A DNA stretch of 63,066 bases, the filler included. It is 8 parts of 8 records of this genome, joined end to end, with 100 filler letters (N's around TTAATTAATTAA, not from the genome) between each part and the next. Parts side by side here need not be neighbours in the genome. Positions count along the whole stretch, not along the records: positions 34,210 to 40,550 come from SRR31156797_42052; positions 40,651 to 47,509 come from SRR31156797_42090; positions 47,610 to 57,610 come from SRR31156797_42094; 5 more parts are not named here. The stretch is one strand, 5' to 3'. The number at the start of each line of letters is the position of its first letter. The first letter of the stretch is position 1. The translations under genes and the position numbers were made by a program. Positions 38,912 through 49,146 of the stretch are shown piece by piece. The notes beneath the pieces are model-generated. The model did not search any database and had not been told where the DNA came from. It saw nothing but the letters and a program-made list of their open reading frames with translations.

Positions 38912-39638
38912 GATTCACCAGGTATGTATAGGCTTCTTCGATTCTTTGAAAGGTTACAGTGGCAGCCGCAAAAGCTTCGTCTCCCAGGGAAAGAAAGCGG
39001 TCAGGGTGATGTATCTTGGCCATCCGTCTGTACGCTTTTTTAACATCATCTATATTGGCCTCTTCAGCCAAGCCTAGAATTGCAAGCGCCCGCAGCCTTT
39101 TAAAAAAAGATTCATCTTTTCTTTTTGAATGTTCCTGTTTCTCTTCCGAACCACGTTTTTTATTTTCTTTCTCCTCGTGTTTCCGCCACCATCGAGAACT
39201 ACTAATGTCGGGGATTTCAACAATGGGTTTGGACGTGAGATTAATAAAAGCCTGGTTAAGTTGGTCACGTTTCATACCCATCAAGTCGGCAAGGTATCTG
39301 ATTATGTAGTTCTCGGAATAGGTAAGGTAATTATCCGCAATGGCTACACCTATGGCCATGTCCATAAAAAGGGAAGCTTTCTCGCCTTTGAAGGACTTCT
39401 GAACAATCTCTGAGGCCAATTGTAATGAGTCAAGATCACCCTCTATCGCCAAACGAATCAAAGGTTCCATATCGTGTTGATGATTGCTCGACGAAGAGAT
39501 TTCACGCAGCCTTTTCGTCTCCCGTTCATCAATATTTCCGTCTGATGCCGCAATCCAGGAAAGGATCAGTAATACTGATGCGCCTAATTGGTTTTTGCTT
39601 TTCAACAGTAACTTTTCGAATTCTGTAAACTCGAACAT
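38904..39638 (-). CDS. TerB-domain plus C-terminal J-domain protein (DjlA-like, no N-terminal TM)
   Basis: IAASDGNIDERE and VAIADNYLTYSE TerB motifs; ALAILGL..VKKAYRRMAKIHHPD..FQRIEEAY; start probably ATG 39638 (ORF open to 39731). Confidence 0.85.
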   Translation of the reverse strand: MFEFTEFEKLLLKSKNQLGASVLLILSWIAASDGNIDERETKRLREISSSSNHQHDMEPLIRLAIEGDLDSLQLASEIVQKSFKGEKASLFMDMAIGVAIADNYLTYSENYIIRYLADLMGMKRDQLNQAFINLTSKPIVEIPDISSSRWWRKHEEKENKKRGSEEKQEHSKRKDESFFKRLRALAILGLAEEANIDDVKKAYRRMAKIHHPDRFLSLGDEAFAAATVTFQRIEEAYTYLVNHA

Positions 39639-40550
39639 AGGCCCCCTGCGCTGTTGGAGATTTGAAAAAGCAATAGTGTAATGTTTAACTTTTGATTTAA
39701 GCCCCGTATGGGAGGCGATTTTCAGCTTCAATAATCTTAAAGAATGATGTGATCATTTTTACCGAGTGCACCGAGTTATCACTAGTCAGAACAGATTCAA
39801 TTGATTGCATGGTTATTCTTATCGTGTAATCATATACTGCGAGTTACGTTCTTTGCCCCGAAAGAACATGTTAAAGACCCAGTTTGCCATCCTGACAGTG
39901 GGTCCCCCTGACTCCACATTATTAGAAAATAGCATGCATGCCATGCCATAATCAAGCTGTTTTACAGCACCAAACCTGACCCACTCCTTATTAGCCGGGA
40001 GAATCCTGCCCGGTTAATCCTTCTTATTTCTTGAGGTTTTGTAGGTTCAAAAATAAAACTACACCCCCTGCTCTTGACTCATTTCGACTTTTTTCCACCG
40101 ATAGGCGTTTTAGGCCTGCTTTTAGGGCCTCCCCGGCCCCGGCCATTTTTATATTCGACTGGGAGACGGCGGAGTTTTATAATTTGCCTCCCCCAAATCC
40201 TGCATTTGCTTTTCATGAAGCTTGATATACAGGGAAAGAAATTCTTCCGAGATCGGCTTCCGCCGGTCAACGCATTCCAGGAAATGCTGCCCGGCTTCAG
40301 ACAACCAGAGTGAACGAAGCTCGATTATCTTTATGTTCATGGGCCCCCTCCACTTTTGCTTTTGCAGACGTCTGCAAAAATATAAAAACAGGTTGTCGCC
40401 GGGGCAGTAAGGGATTTAGCGGCGCCCTCTCTAAAACCCTGGCAATCCTCCGGTTGATATCCAGCCCACTATTTTGGATTATTATTAAGTTTAAAAGCAG
40501 AATTCGGTTCGCGCAACATCAATTTATAGTGGTTCTCAAAAGTATTTTCC

Positions 40551-40650
40551 NNNNNNNNNNNNNNNNNNNNNNNNNNNNNNNNNNNNNNNNNNNNTTAATT
40601 AATTAANNNNNNNNNNNNNNNNNNNNNNNNNNNNNNNNNNNNNNNNNNNN
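40551..40650. other. Artificial contig spacer
   Basis: N44-TTAATTAATTAA-N44. Confidence 0.98.
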
Positions 40651-40711
40651 AAAAGGGGAGTCCAGAGGGGAAAAACTTTTACAAAAGTTTTTCCCCTCCG
40701 GCCGCCGGAGG
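40651..40711. repeat. Palindromic REP-like element at the contig end
   Basis: Perfect 16-bp inverted repeat GAGGGGAAAAACTTTT-ac-AAAAGTTTTTCCCCTC (40665-40698) plus small hairpin CTCCGG-ccg-CCGGAG. Confidence 0.7.
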
Positions 40712-40716
40712 AATTC

Positions 40717-43700
40717 TTATTTAATTATCATCTTACCTAATGCGGTCGCTGCGGATTTTTCAGGATCATACATACCTTCCACTTGCACTGGGGGCACCTT
40801 GAACTCCCCACGGGTCACGGCGCGAAGCAGGGTCACGTTTTCGACCTTGCCCTTGGCGGGTACGTCGGAGAAGACCAGCACCCGGTCATCACGGATATCC
40901 ACGTGATCCGGGCGTACATTGCCCTTGGCGATCCACGGCAGATCTTCGCGGGTGGCGAGTTTGGTGTTCTCCGGTTCCAAACCGGACGGCAGCAGACAGC
41001 TTATGACCGCATTGGATACGGGCTTGGCTGTGGAACTGACCACGGTGCGCATGGCTACAAGCTGACCCTGCTGGATATCGTTGATGTCGAGCGGTTCACC
41101 ATCGCGGGTCAGGAATTCGCGGGTAATTTCTAAACCGTTGGAATACGGCTTCCAGTTTTCAATGGTCGGAACAGCACGGCTGTTGATAGCCCAGACAAAT
41201 GTTCCTTCCTTAGGAGCGGAGTCCAACTCAATGGAAAGGGGAGTCTCGCCTTTGACGGTCACCTGTGCGGTGCCGTTGGCTTCGAAAGCAGCCAGTTCTT
41301 TGTCGCCACTCATGATCTTTCCGGCTGGATGCAGTGCATACTTGGTCTGTCCATAGAAAGTCCCCAAAGCAAGGAATCCGAGACTGTTGTCCTGAGTCAC
41401 ATTGCGACCGTTGTCAGCCATAAGATTGTATAGCTTGTTAGCAATCTGCGGGATGGCGTCGTCCTTGCGGTCAGCTTCCATACGCACCAAAAGTTCAAGG
41501 GCGAGGTCACGGACCTCGGAACTGAAGTGCTGATCCGTGTCCTTGCCCTTTAACGGGGCAGGCTTAGCCGAGAGCAGCTCTCGGTAAGCGGCCATGTCTC
41601 CGGAAGCAGCAAAGGCTCCGGCCAGCAGGGTCAGGGATAGTTTGTCCATGTCCGCTGCTTTGTGCTCACGCAGGTAGTTCATGGGACCGTGCATAACCTT
41701 GCCGGAACGGGCCAGCACATACTGGGCGTAACAGGGCAGACGGTAGGAGTAGCCGTCACGAATGGTGTCAGAATAATTGTTGGCAACAAAACGTTTGGCC
41801 CGGTTGAGGAGCATGCTGTCCACCTGATAACCGGAAATGGCGGCCTGTTGTAGGAAGTGCAGCACGTAGACCGAAATCCACGGTTCGGAACGATGTCCGC
41901 CGGGCCACATGGCAAAACCGCCGTCGGAAGTCTGCATCATGGACAGCCTGCTTAAGGCGGACTGTACCATATATTGCGGGGATTCTTTTTCAAATGATTT
42001 AGGCGAAAGTTCGCGGGCCAGTTCCGGGAATTTCAGTAACGGAAAGGCCTGCGATACGGTTTGCTCTGCACATCCGTATGGATAGTGAAGCAGGTAATCG
42101 AGCTTTCCGGCAAGACGCAGCATGGGCTGGTTACCGATGATGAGCGTACGCTCGGCAGTACCAATACGCATGTTTTCAAGTTTTGCTGGCAATGCCGTTG
42201 ATTTATCTTTGATGAAACCGGACTCGGATGAACGCTGCACAGGCAGTGCTGCACGGATGTTCAGGTCGATGGAAGCCCCGGCTTTTTCATTGTTTCCTTC
42301 AGCTGAGAATTTGAAGTTTACCGGGCCGAGGTCCGCTTTGGTTTGAGTCTTGAAGAAAGCGGTCTTCTGCCTGCCTTGCGGAATTATGAAACCTTCAAAA
42401 CCCATTTCAGTCTTCAAGGACCCGCTGGTGGATACTGAGATATTGAAGGTTCCATCTTCCGGGGTGTCGTTGCGTACACTTACCGGAATGTCGAATATTT
42501 CATCAGGTGCCAGAAAGCGGGGCAGGGTCGGGGTGACCATGAGCGGTGAGCGCACGGTCATGATTTTCGAGCTTGAACCGAATTTCCTGCCGTCACTGAC
42601 CACAGCCATGATGCGCAGGGCTCCACTAAACTCGGGAATCTTGGCACTGAATTCAGCTTTACCATTTTTATCCGCAGTAATGATTCCGGACCAGAAAGTG
42701 ACCGGTTTGACCCTGCGGATAGCGGAACTTCCTGCAAACTGCTTCATCATGGCCAGTTCCATGCCGCCGCCTGCAAGAGCTTTATTTATGGGGCCTGCAT
42801 CGGGCATGAGAAGTCCGAAGGTATCGGACCAGCGTACACCTAGGGCGCGTTTGGCGTAGAAGTACTCAAAGGGGCTGGGTGTCTTTTGCCCGGAAAGGCG
42901 CAGGATGCCTTCGTCCACAGCGGCAATGGTCAGCTTGGCACCGGGCTTTGTCTGGACCTGCAAGGCCACGGTCCGTTCTGGACGGGTGGTCTTGGGGCAG
43001 GTGATGTCGATACCGAGCCTGTTGCTTTCGCGGTCCACAAACAAGGGAACTGCGCCGACAGCCCGCGCACTGGAGCCTGCCTCAAGCTTGTTCACAGAGC
43101 GGATCAGTGTGGCGGTTACGTAAGCATTGGTACTGATACCTTTTTGTACCGGAACCTTGATGGTGGCGGTGTTGCCCTTGATTTCAAGAGTTTTGGTCCA
43201 GCGGATGGAATTATCTTCAATGGCTACCAGCATACGTCCCGCAAAAGGCGTGCGGATCTGGTACTCAGCCATTTCTCCGGGCTTGTAGTCGCCCTTGCGG
43301 GTGGGGATAATCTCAAGGCGGGCCGGATTTTCCAATGCCCACGGGGAATAGCCCCAGCCACCGCAGAAGAAGTCCGCCTGTGCGGAAACACCGGACTGGG
43401 GATCGCTGAGGATTACCCGATAGCTGCCGAATTCCGGCGGGCTGACCTTGAATGAACCGGTCGCGTCCTTGGCGAAAATTTCGCGGGTCTCCAGCAATTG
43501 CGGGTCGCGTTCAGTTACATACTTATATGAACCGGAAGGGGTGGTCCGGACAATGGTCTGCCAGCGGTCGCGGTATAGCTTCATAAGCAGCTTTCCGGCC
43601 TTGGTCTTTTCGCCTTGCGGGGTCAGAGTCACGTAGTCGAGTTTGACGGATTCACCTTGTTCGTAGCCTTGCTTGGTCAGTTTTTTCAGGCCGGGATAGA

Positions 43701-46116
43701 ACTTGGAGATAAGTACCGGGTCGACTTTGGAAGCAGTAACTCCGCGTCCACCGGTTTCACTGACCCGTGCGGTCATCCTTGCCTGAATCGCAGAGTCAGA
43801 CTTGAGACTTGCCGGAATCGTAGCGTTGAATGATAACTTGCCGGATTCATTCAGCTTGGCCTCAGTCTTTAAAATCTCGCGGGGCTTGAAGGAGCTTGCA
43901 TCGGTGTTGAAACGGTAAGCTTCATATCCTTCAGGATTAAATATAGCAGGCTCAAGCATGACCATTGCAGATACCGGAAGGCCTTCAGCCGGGGGACCGA
44001 ACAGGTACCGTCCTTCCACTTCGAAATTCAAATCGTGTCCAACAGCAGCTGGCTTGGCGGTAATGATTTCCGCGCTGATGCGGTCGGGCATGAAGTCTTC
44101 AACAGAATAACGGAAGTTGCCGATCCGTTCCTTCCCGGCCAGCAGTTTGATGTTGAACTGTCCGGTGGGTGAGTAGTCGGGGATGGCTCGTTTGAATTCA
44201 ACCATGCCTTGGTCGTCGGTATGGACGGTGCGTCTGAAAAGTTCGCGTCCGCGCTGGTCGGAGTAAAGCAGTACCACGGGCATTTTTTGGGGTGGTATAA
44301 GCTTGCGGTCACGGACCACAGCTACGCCTTTGACTGTTTCACCGGGACGGTAGAGGTTGCGTTCCCCGTAGGTAAAGGCAGTCAGCCCCCTGGGTGAGAG
44401 CCGCTGTCCTGCAATATCAAGTCCGGAGCGGTCGGTGGCGAAACGGTCCATGAGCATGAAGGTCATGTCGTTTTTACGGGTGATCACAGCCATGTATGGA
44501 CGGCCGAGGTCCTTGCGTATGTCTCTTTTCTTGAGCACCAACATGCCCCGGGAGTTGGTGGTCCCGGAGCCCATTATCTGGTTGCGGTTACTGATCAGCT
44601 GTACTTTAGCGTCAACAACGGGCTTGAGGTCTGAGAGTGAAGAAATCCAGAACAAGGTTTCTTCATCGCCCTGCTTGGCGACCACACCGAGGTCGGTGAT
44701 CATGACCCAGCGTTGTACACCCCTTCCCTTGCCCGGAATTGTTGCTGCGATGCGGTAAAGTCCTTTGCCGCCTTTGGCAATGAAGCTTTTTATGGACAGG
44801 GGAGTAGTTGTCTTAATGTTCTTTTTACCCGAAGTCTTAATTTTACCCGAGAAAATGCGATTACCCAATGCTGCGGAGATTCCTCCGCCATAGGTATTAG
44901 GATCAAAGGCCATGTATCCGTAATGGGTAAAGAGCGAAAAAAGGTTGTTGGGAAACACGCGGTCAACTGTGATGCTTACATCGCGGGTGTTGACGGTTTC
45001 AATGCCGAGAGTTTTGTAACCCGATTCAGATAGAAACATACCTGCGGAAGAAAAGTCGGCGGTAGGTTCAATATCCGGGATGTGGATGTTTTCAGTGATT
45101 GTTTTTTCAAGCAGGGCCCCGTCTGCTGCAGTCAGACCTTTTCTTAGGGTGATGGAATATTTTTTACCCGGTTTGAAGGGGCCGGAAAGGATCAGTTTTT
45201 TACCGGATGCGGCAGCAGAAACATTGATGGCAGGCTTGATGCTTAGCATTTCAAGTCCCTGCGCCGGGATGACCGGACTGGAAAAGCCCAGCTCCACCCT
45301 TGCCCCGGAAAGGGAACTGAAAGCCTTGTATCCAGAATAGCCGAGCACCGGATCGAAAACTATTTCGATTTTCTTTTCATAATCTTTGCCCAGTACCATG
45401 GCCCTGCGTCCATCCGGCAGATCTTTGTTTATCTTGAGAACATAGGTTTTCGGCTCGATTTCTTTTTCAACGGGTGAACTCACAAAACGTTGATAGTAAT
45501 CATCGTAATTGGTGGTAATGCTTAAGGGGATTTCTTTGCCGTCGGGTCCGGTCAGGGAAAGATTTTTGAGTGTGTTTTCCGGGGTTACATAATTGCTGAA
45601 ATTAATATGCCCTTCAATGCGCACCTTGCGCCCTTGCCCTGCGACAGGCTCGGTGCGCATCCCGATTTCCTTAACCCCGAAACTTCCGGTCTGTACGGAA
45701 AAGGTCTTCTCACCTGTAAGTTTTTGCCCGTTGAGCAGGAAATTTTCCGGCTTAAGTTCAATGGTGAAGTGGGTTTCGCCTTTAAAAGCAGGGTCGGCGG
45801 TAAAGCGTAGTGCATAGGGGTTGATCCAGCGCCATTCCCCTTTCACTTTCGGGGTGATAGTGGCCGGGGCTTTTTTCAGGGCATAGGAGGGGGCTTCCGG
45901 TCCGATGGGCATGTCAAAGGCAAGCAGTAATTGCGAATAGCCCTGACTGTCGAGGCTTACGTCAGTTACTTTAACCCCTTCCCCGGAATCCATTCTAGCA
46001 GATACTGATTCGTGTTTTGCTTTGAGAAGTCCCGCTGCCTGAATGATGCAGATCATGAGCAACAGGGCGATGATGATATTCTTTTTATCTTTGAACGGGG
46101 TAGGTCCTCTGTCCAT
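40717..46116 (-). CDS. Bacterial alpha-2-macroglobulin (YfhM-like)
   Basis: 1799 aa; ERNLYRPGE, AAVDEGIL, PEFSGALRIMAV, LPRFLAP, thioester YPYGCAEQT, DIRDDRV, RAVTRGEF..EGMYDP. Confidence 0.96.
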   Translation of the reverse strand: MDRGPTPFKDKKNIIIALLLMICIIQAAGLLKAKHESVSARMDSGEGVKVTDVSLDSQGYSQLLLAFDMPIGPEAPSYALKKAPATITPKVKGEWRWINPYALRFTADPAFKGETHFTIELKPENFLLNGQKLTGEKTFSVQTGSFGVKEIGMRTEPVAGQGRKVRIEGHINFSNYVTPENTLKNLSLTGPDGKEIPLSITTNYDDYYQRFVSSPVEKEIEPKTYVLKINKDLPDGRRAMVLGKDYEKKIEIVFDPVLGYSGYKAFSSLSGARVELGFSSPVIPAQGLEMLSIKPAINVSAAASGKKLILSGPFKPGKKYSITLRKGLTAADGALLEKTITENIHIPDIEPTADFSSAGMFLSESGYKTLGIETVNTRDVSITVDRVFPNNLFSLFTHYGYMAFDPNTYGGGISAALGNRIFSGKIKTSGKKNIKTTTPLSIKSFIAKGGKGLYRIAATIPGKGRGVQRWVMITDLGVVAKQGDEETLFWISSLSDLKPVVDAKVQLISNRNQIMGSGTTNSRGMLVLKKRDIRKDLGRPYMAVITRKNDMTFMLMDRFATDRSGLDIAGQRLSPRGLTAFTYGERNLYRPGETVKGVAVVRDRKLIPPQKMPVVLLYSDQRGRELFRRTVHTDDQGMVEFKRAIPDYSPTGQFNIKLLAGKERIGNFRYSVEDFMPDRISAEIITAKPAAVGHDLNFEVEGRYLFGPPAEGLPVSAMVMLEPAIFNPEGYEAYRFNTDASSFKPREILKTEAKLNESGKLSFNATIPASLKSDSAIQARMTARVSETGGRGVTASKVDPVLISKFYPGLKKLTKQGYEQGESVKLDYVTLTPQGEKTKAGKLLMKLYRDRWQTIVRTTPSGSYKYVTERDPQLLETREIFAKDATGSFKVSPPEFGSYRVILSDPQSGVSAQADFFCGGWGYSPWALENPARLEIIPTRKGDYKPGEMAEYQIRTPFAGRMLVAIEDNSIRWTKTLEIKGNTATIKVPVQKGISTNAYVTATLIRSVNKLEAGSSARAVGAVPLFVDRESNRLGIDITCPKTTRPERTVALQVQTKPGAKLTIAAVDEGILRLSGQKTPSPFEYFYAKRALGVRWSDTFGLLMPDAGPINKALAGGGMELAMMKQFAGSSAIRRVKPVTFWSGIITADKNGKAEFSAKIPEFSGALRIMAVVSDGRKFGSSSKIMTVRSPLMVTPTLPRFLAPDEIFDIPVSVRNDTPEDGTFNISVSTSGSLKTEMGFEGFIIPQGRQKTAFFKTQTKADLGPVNFKFSAEGNNEKAGASIDLNIRAALPVQRSSESGFIKDKSTALPAKLENMRIGTAERTLIIGNQPMLRLAGKLDYLLHYPYGCAEQTVSQAFPLLKFPELARELSPKSFEKESPQYMVQSALSRLSMMQTSDGGFAMWPGGHRSEPWISVYVLHFLQQAAISGYQVDSMLLNRAKRFVANNYSDTIRDGYSYRLPCYAQYVLARSGKVMHGPMNYLREHKAADMDKLSLTLLAGAFAASGDMAAYRELLSAKPAPLKGKDTDQHFSSEVRDLALELLVRMEADRKDDAIPQIANKLYNLMADNGRNVTQDNSLGFLALGTFYGQTKYALHPAGKIMSGDKELAAFEANGTAQVTVKGETPLSIELDSAPKEGTFVWAINSRAVPTIENWKPYSNGLEITREFLTRDGEPLDINDIQQGQLVAMRTVVSSTAKPVSNAVISCLLPSGLEPENTKLATREDLPWIAKGNVRPDHVDIRDDRVLVFSDVPAKGKVENVTLLRAVTRGEFKVPPVQVEGMYDPEKSAATALGKMIIK

Positions 46117-46333
46117 GTTGAAATCCTCGTTTTATGTAAAATTTATGAAATAGCGTTTGATAACTGGGCAGATAATGCCATTTTTTTTGCGCGTAGTCAT
46201 CGTACGAAAATTGGCGGATTTAATATTAATAACACGTTTTTTATGACTTTGCCTGTTTGTTTTGGAAGCGTTTGCAAGATACCATCAATTATGTATAGTT
46301 ATAATTAATATCTTAGTTTTGATTGGATAACTT

Positions 46334-46756
46334 ATGAAGTTAAGGGAGTTTGCTTTGGAGAATCATAATATTGCGATTGTGGGACTCGGAAGGGTTGGGT
46401 CTATTTTTCTTCAGAAAGCGTTGGCTGCTGAAAGTGCAATGAAAGTCAGGGCTGTTTGCGAAATGTGCGATACTCCTGGCAAGGAGTTGGCAGAAGAGAA
46501 CAATATACCAGTGATGGATCTTCGAGACATTATTGATTTAGGAGTTGAGGTCGATGTGATTTTTGATCTTACCGGAGATAAGAATGTATCCGGTATCTTG
46601 CAGGAAAAACTGTGTCAGGAATGTAACAGCTATACGCAGGTGGCCCCTTTACGGTTGGCCAGACTGGTCTGGTCCCTTATCGCCGGTGATGAATACCTGC
46701 CGGATATGGGTAAAAGCAAAAGCCAGATTTATGCTGACATGCTTCTGAAGGGGTGA
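46334..46756 (+). CDS. Small Rossmann-like (GxGxxG) hypothetical protein
   Basis: IAIVGLGRVG, TPGKELAEENNIP, VDVIFDLTGD; 140 aa, no second domain. Confidence 0.7.
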   Translation: MKLREFALENHNIAIVGLGRVGSIFLQKALAAESAMKVRAVCEMCDTPGKELAEENNIPVMDLRDIIDLGVEVDVIFDLTGDKNVSGILQEKLCQECNSYTQVAPLRLARLVWSLIAGDEYLPDMGKSKSQIYADMLLKG

Positions 46757-46769
46757 GCCAGCATGATTT

Positions 46770-47509
46770 CTAAGTCAGTATCGGTAGGGAGATAGTGAAT
46801 CTGGTCCCTTCTCCGAGATTGGAGTCTGCTGTAATTGTTCCCCCATGGTTGTGGGTTATGATGTAGTTGGATACCGACAGGCCCAGACCTGTGCCGACTC
46901 CCGGTACTTTCGTAGAATAGAAGGGTTCAAATATCATATTCAGCTCTTCGGGACTAATTCCGGGGCCGTTATCTTCTATCTCCACCCTTATAAATTTTTC
47001 ATCAGAAGAGGTTCTGATGGTGATGGTCGGTATCTTGTGGGTGTTTTTTTCTTCCACAAGAGCCTGAGCTGCATTTTTTATCAGGTTGAGGATGACCTGA
47101 CTGATTTCCATCTCCGTGAAATTGAACATGGGTGATGAATTGAAGTCGCGGATAATCTTAATTTTTTTGAAATCATACTTCTTTTTGAAATCATAGTCGT
47201 TAGCTGCCAGCGAAAGAGCGGTCTCAATCACCGGTTCAATGCTGCCGGAAGACTTTGAAGAATTACTTTTACGACTGAATTCCAGCATGGATTTTACTAT
47301 GTCTGCAGCTCGTGTCCCGGCCTCCTGAATGCTGCGCAGGTATTCGTTGATCCCCCTTTTATCCATGTAGTTGCGCAGGTTATCCAAATCAATGTTGCAT
47401 TTGTCGGCAACAGGAAGATTGCTTTTCAATGTAGGTGATGTCCGGCGAATGATATTCTGGGTGACCTGCATGATGATCCCCAGCGGGTTGTTGATTTCAT
47501 GGGCCATGC
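46770..47509 (-). CDS. Histidine kinase C-terminal part (NtrB-like), 5'-truncated
   Basis: MAHEINNPL, NLIKNAAQA, DNGPGI, FEPFYSTK, GTGLGL. Confidence 0.92.
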
Positions 47510-47609
47510 NNNNNNNNNNNNNNNNNNNNNNNNNNNNNNNNNNNNNNNNNNNNTTAATTAATTAANNNNNNNNNNNNNNNNNNNNNNNNNNNNNNNNNNN
47601 NNNNNNNNN
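47510..47609. other. Artificial contig spacer
   Basis: N44-TTAATTAATTAA-N44. Confidence 0.98.
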
Positions 47610-48096
47610 CAAGATGCATGTGCGGGTGCTGCAGCGCGAGACCTTCCGCAACCGCATCTTCGCCGGCACGACGGTGATGAGCGTCTGGTCGGGACTGGAA
47701 AACGGCATCCCGACGGCCGATCTGCCGCCGCGCGAACTGGCGCCGACATCGCAGGTGCAGTATCAGTGGCCGAAATGGGGGCAGTACCACGACACCATGG
47801 GCCAGGCCGGCGAGGCCATCGACCTGGAACCGGCGAAGCGTTTGGACAGCCTGAACGACGCCTGGATGGTGGCAAAAACCACCGAGGAACGGGAAAAAAT
47901 CTGGACCGAAATGCTGGAAATCCATGCCGATCAGATGTTTTCGATCGGCATCGTATCGGGCGTCTTCCAGCCGGTCGTCGTCAGCAACCGGCTGCGCAAC
48001 GTGCCGGAAGAAGGCGTCTTCAACTGGGACCCGGGTGCCCAGTTCGGGATCTATCGGCCCGATACCTTCTGGCTGGTGGACGGCGGCAAAAGTTAA
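47610..48096 (+). CDS. Family-5 (Dpp/Opp-type) ABC substrate-binding protein, 5'-truncated
   Basis: WPKWGQY..G..GE, MLEIHADQMFSIG, VVVSNRLRNVP, YRPDTFW; precedes two permeases. Confidence 0.85.
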
Positions 48097-48147
48097 GTTT
48101 GGTTTGGTTAGTTTAGGTTAGGCAGGAAGAAAGCGGGAAACCGGATC

Positions 48148-49146
48148 GTGTCGAATTATTTCGTCCGTAGACTGTTGACGATGATGGTGACGCTGATCGT
48201 GATCAGCGGCCTTGTTTTCGTCATCATCCAACTGCCGCCCGGCGACTTCCTGAGCAACCAGATCGCCGAACTGCAAAGCCAGGGCGAAATGATGCAGAAG
48301 GAAAGGATCGACTTCCTGCGCGCCGAATACGGCCTCGACAAACCATTGCATGAGCAATACTGGGTGTGGGTGACCGGCCTTCTTCAGGGCGACATGGGGT
48401 GGTCCTTCGAGGACAACGTGCCGGTTTCGCAAATCCTCGGCAATACCCTGTTTTTGACCATTGTCCTAAATCTAGGGGTCATCCTGTTCATCTATATCGT
48501 CGCCTTTCCCATCGGCGTCTATTCGGCAACCCACCAATACAGCTGGGGCGACCACGGTTTGACCTTTCTGGGATTCATTGGCTTGGCGACGCCGAATTTC
48601 CTGCTGGCGCTGATTTTGATGTTTCTCAGCCACCGCTGGTTCGGCACCTCGATCGGCCGCATGATGGCCGAACAGTATCTGAACCAGCCCTGGTCCATGG
48701 ACAAAGCGCTTTCGGTGCTGCTTCACATGTGGATACCGGTCTTCGTCATCGGCACGTCGGGAACGGCCGGGATGATCCGCCGCCTGCGCGCCAATATGCT
48801 GGACGAATTGCAGAAGCAGTATGTGGTCACGGGGCGCGCCAAGGGCCTGCCGCCGGGACGCCTGCTGGTCAAATACCCGTTGCGCATGTCGCTTAACCCG
48901 TTCATCGCCGACATCGGCAACCTGTTGCCGCAGATGGTTTCGGGTTCGGTCATCGTATCGGCGGTGATGAATCTGCCGACCACCGGCAAGAAGCTGCTCG
49001 AAGCGCTGCAGAACCAGGACTTCTTCATGGCCGGATCGTTCCTGATGTTTCTGGCGCTATTGACGGTGATCGGCATGTTCCTGTCCGACCTGCTGCTGGC
49101 GGCGCTGGACCCACGCATCCGGCTCGACGGGGGGGCGAAACGATGA
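48148..49146 (+). CDS. Dpp/Opp-type ABC permease (DppB-like)
   Basis: QLPPGD, YGLDKP, GDMGWSF, TGRAKGL, LDPRIR. Confidence 0.93.
   Translation: MSNYFVRRLLTMMVTLIVISGLVFVIIQLPPGDFLSNQIAELQSQGEMMQKERIDFLRAEYGLDKPLHEQYWVWVTGLLQGDMGWSFEDNVPVSQILGNTLFLTIVLNLGVILFIYIVAFPIGVYSATHQYSWGDHGLTFLGFIGLATPNFLLALILMFLSHRWFGTSIGRMMAEQYLNQPWSMDKALSVLLHMWIPVFVIGTSGTAGMIRRLRANMLDELQKQYVVTGRAKGLPPGRLLVKYPLRMSLNPFIADIGNLLPQMVSGSVIVSAVMNLPTTGKKLLEALQNQDFFMAGSFLMFLALLTVIGMFLSDLLLAALDPRIRLDGGAKR

Noticed and set aside
39732-40550. Short ORFs at the end of fragment 5 (e.g. 40149-40340)
   Set aside because: No recognisable motifs; cannot distinguish them from decayed or non-coding DNA.
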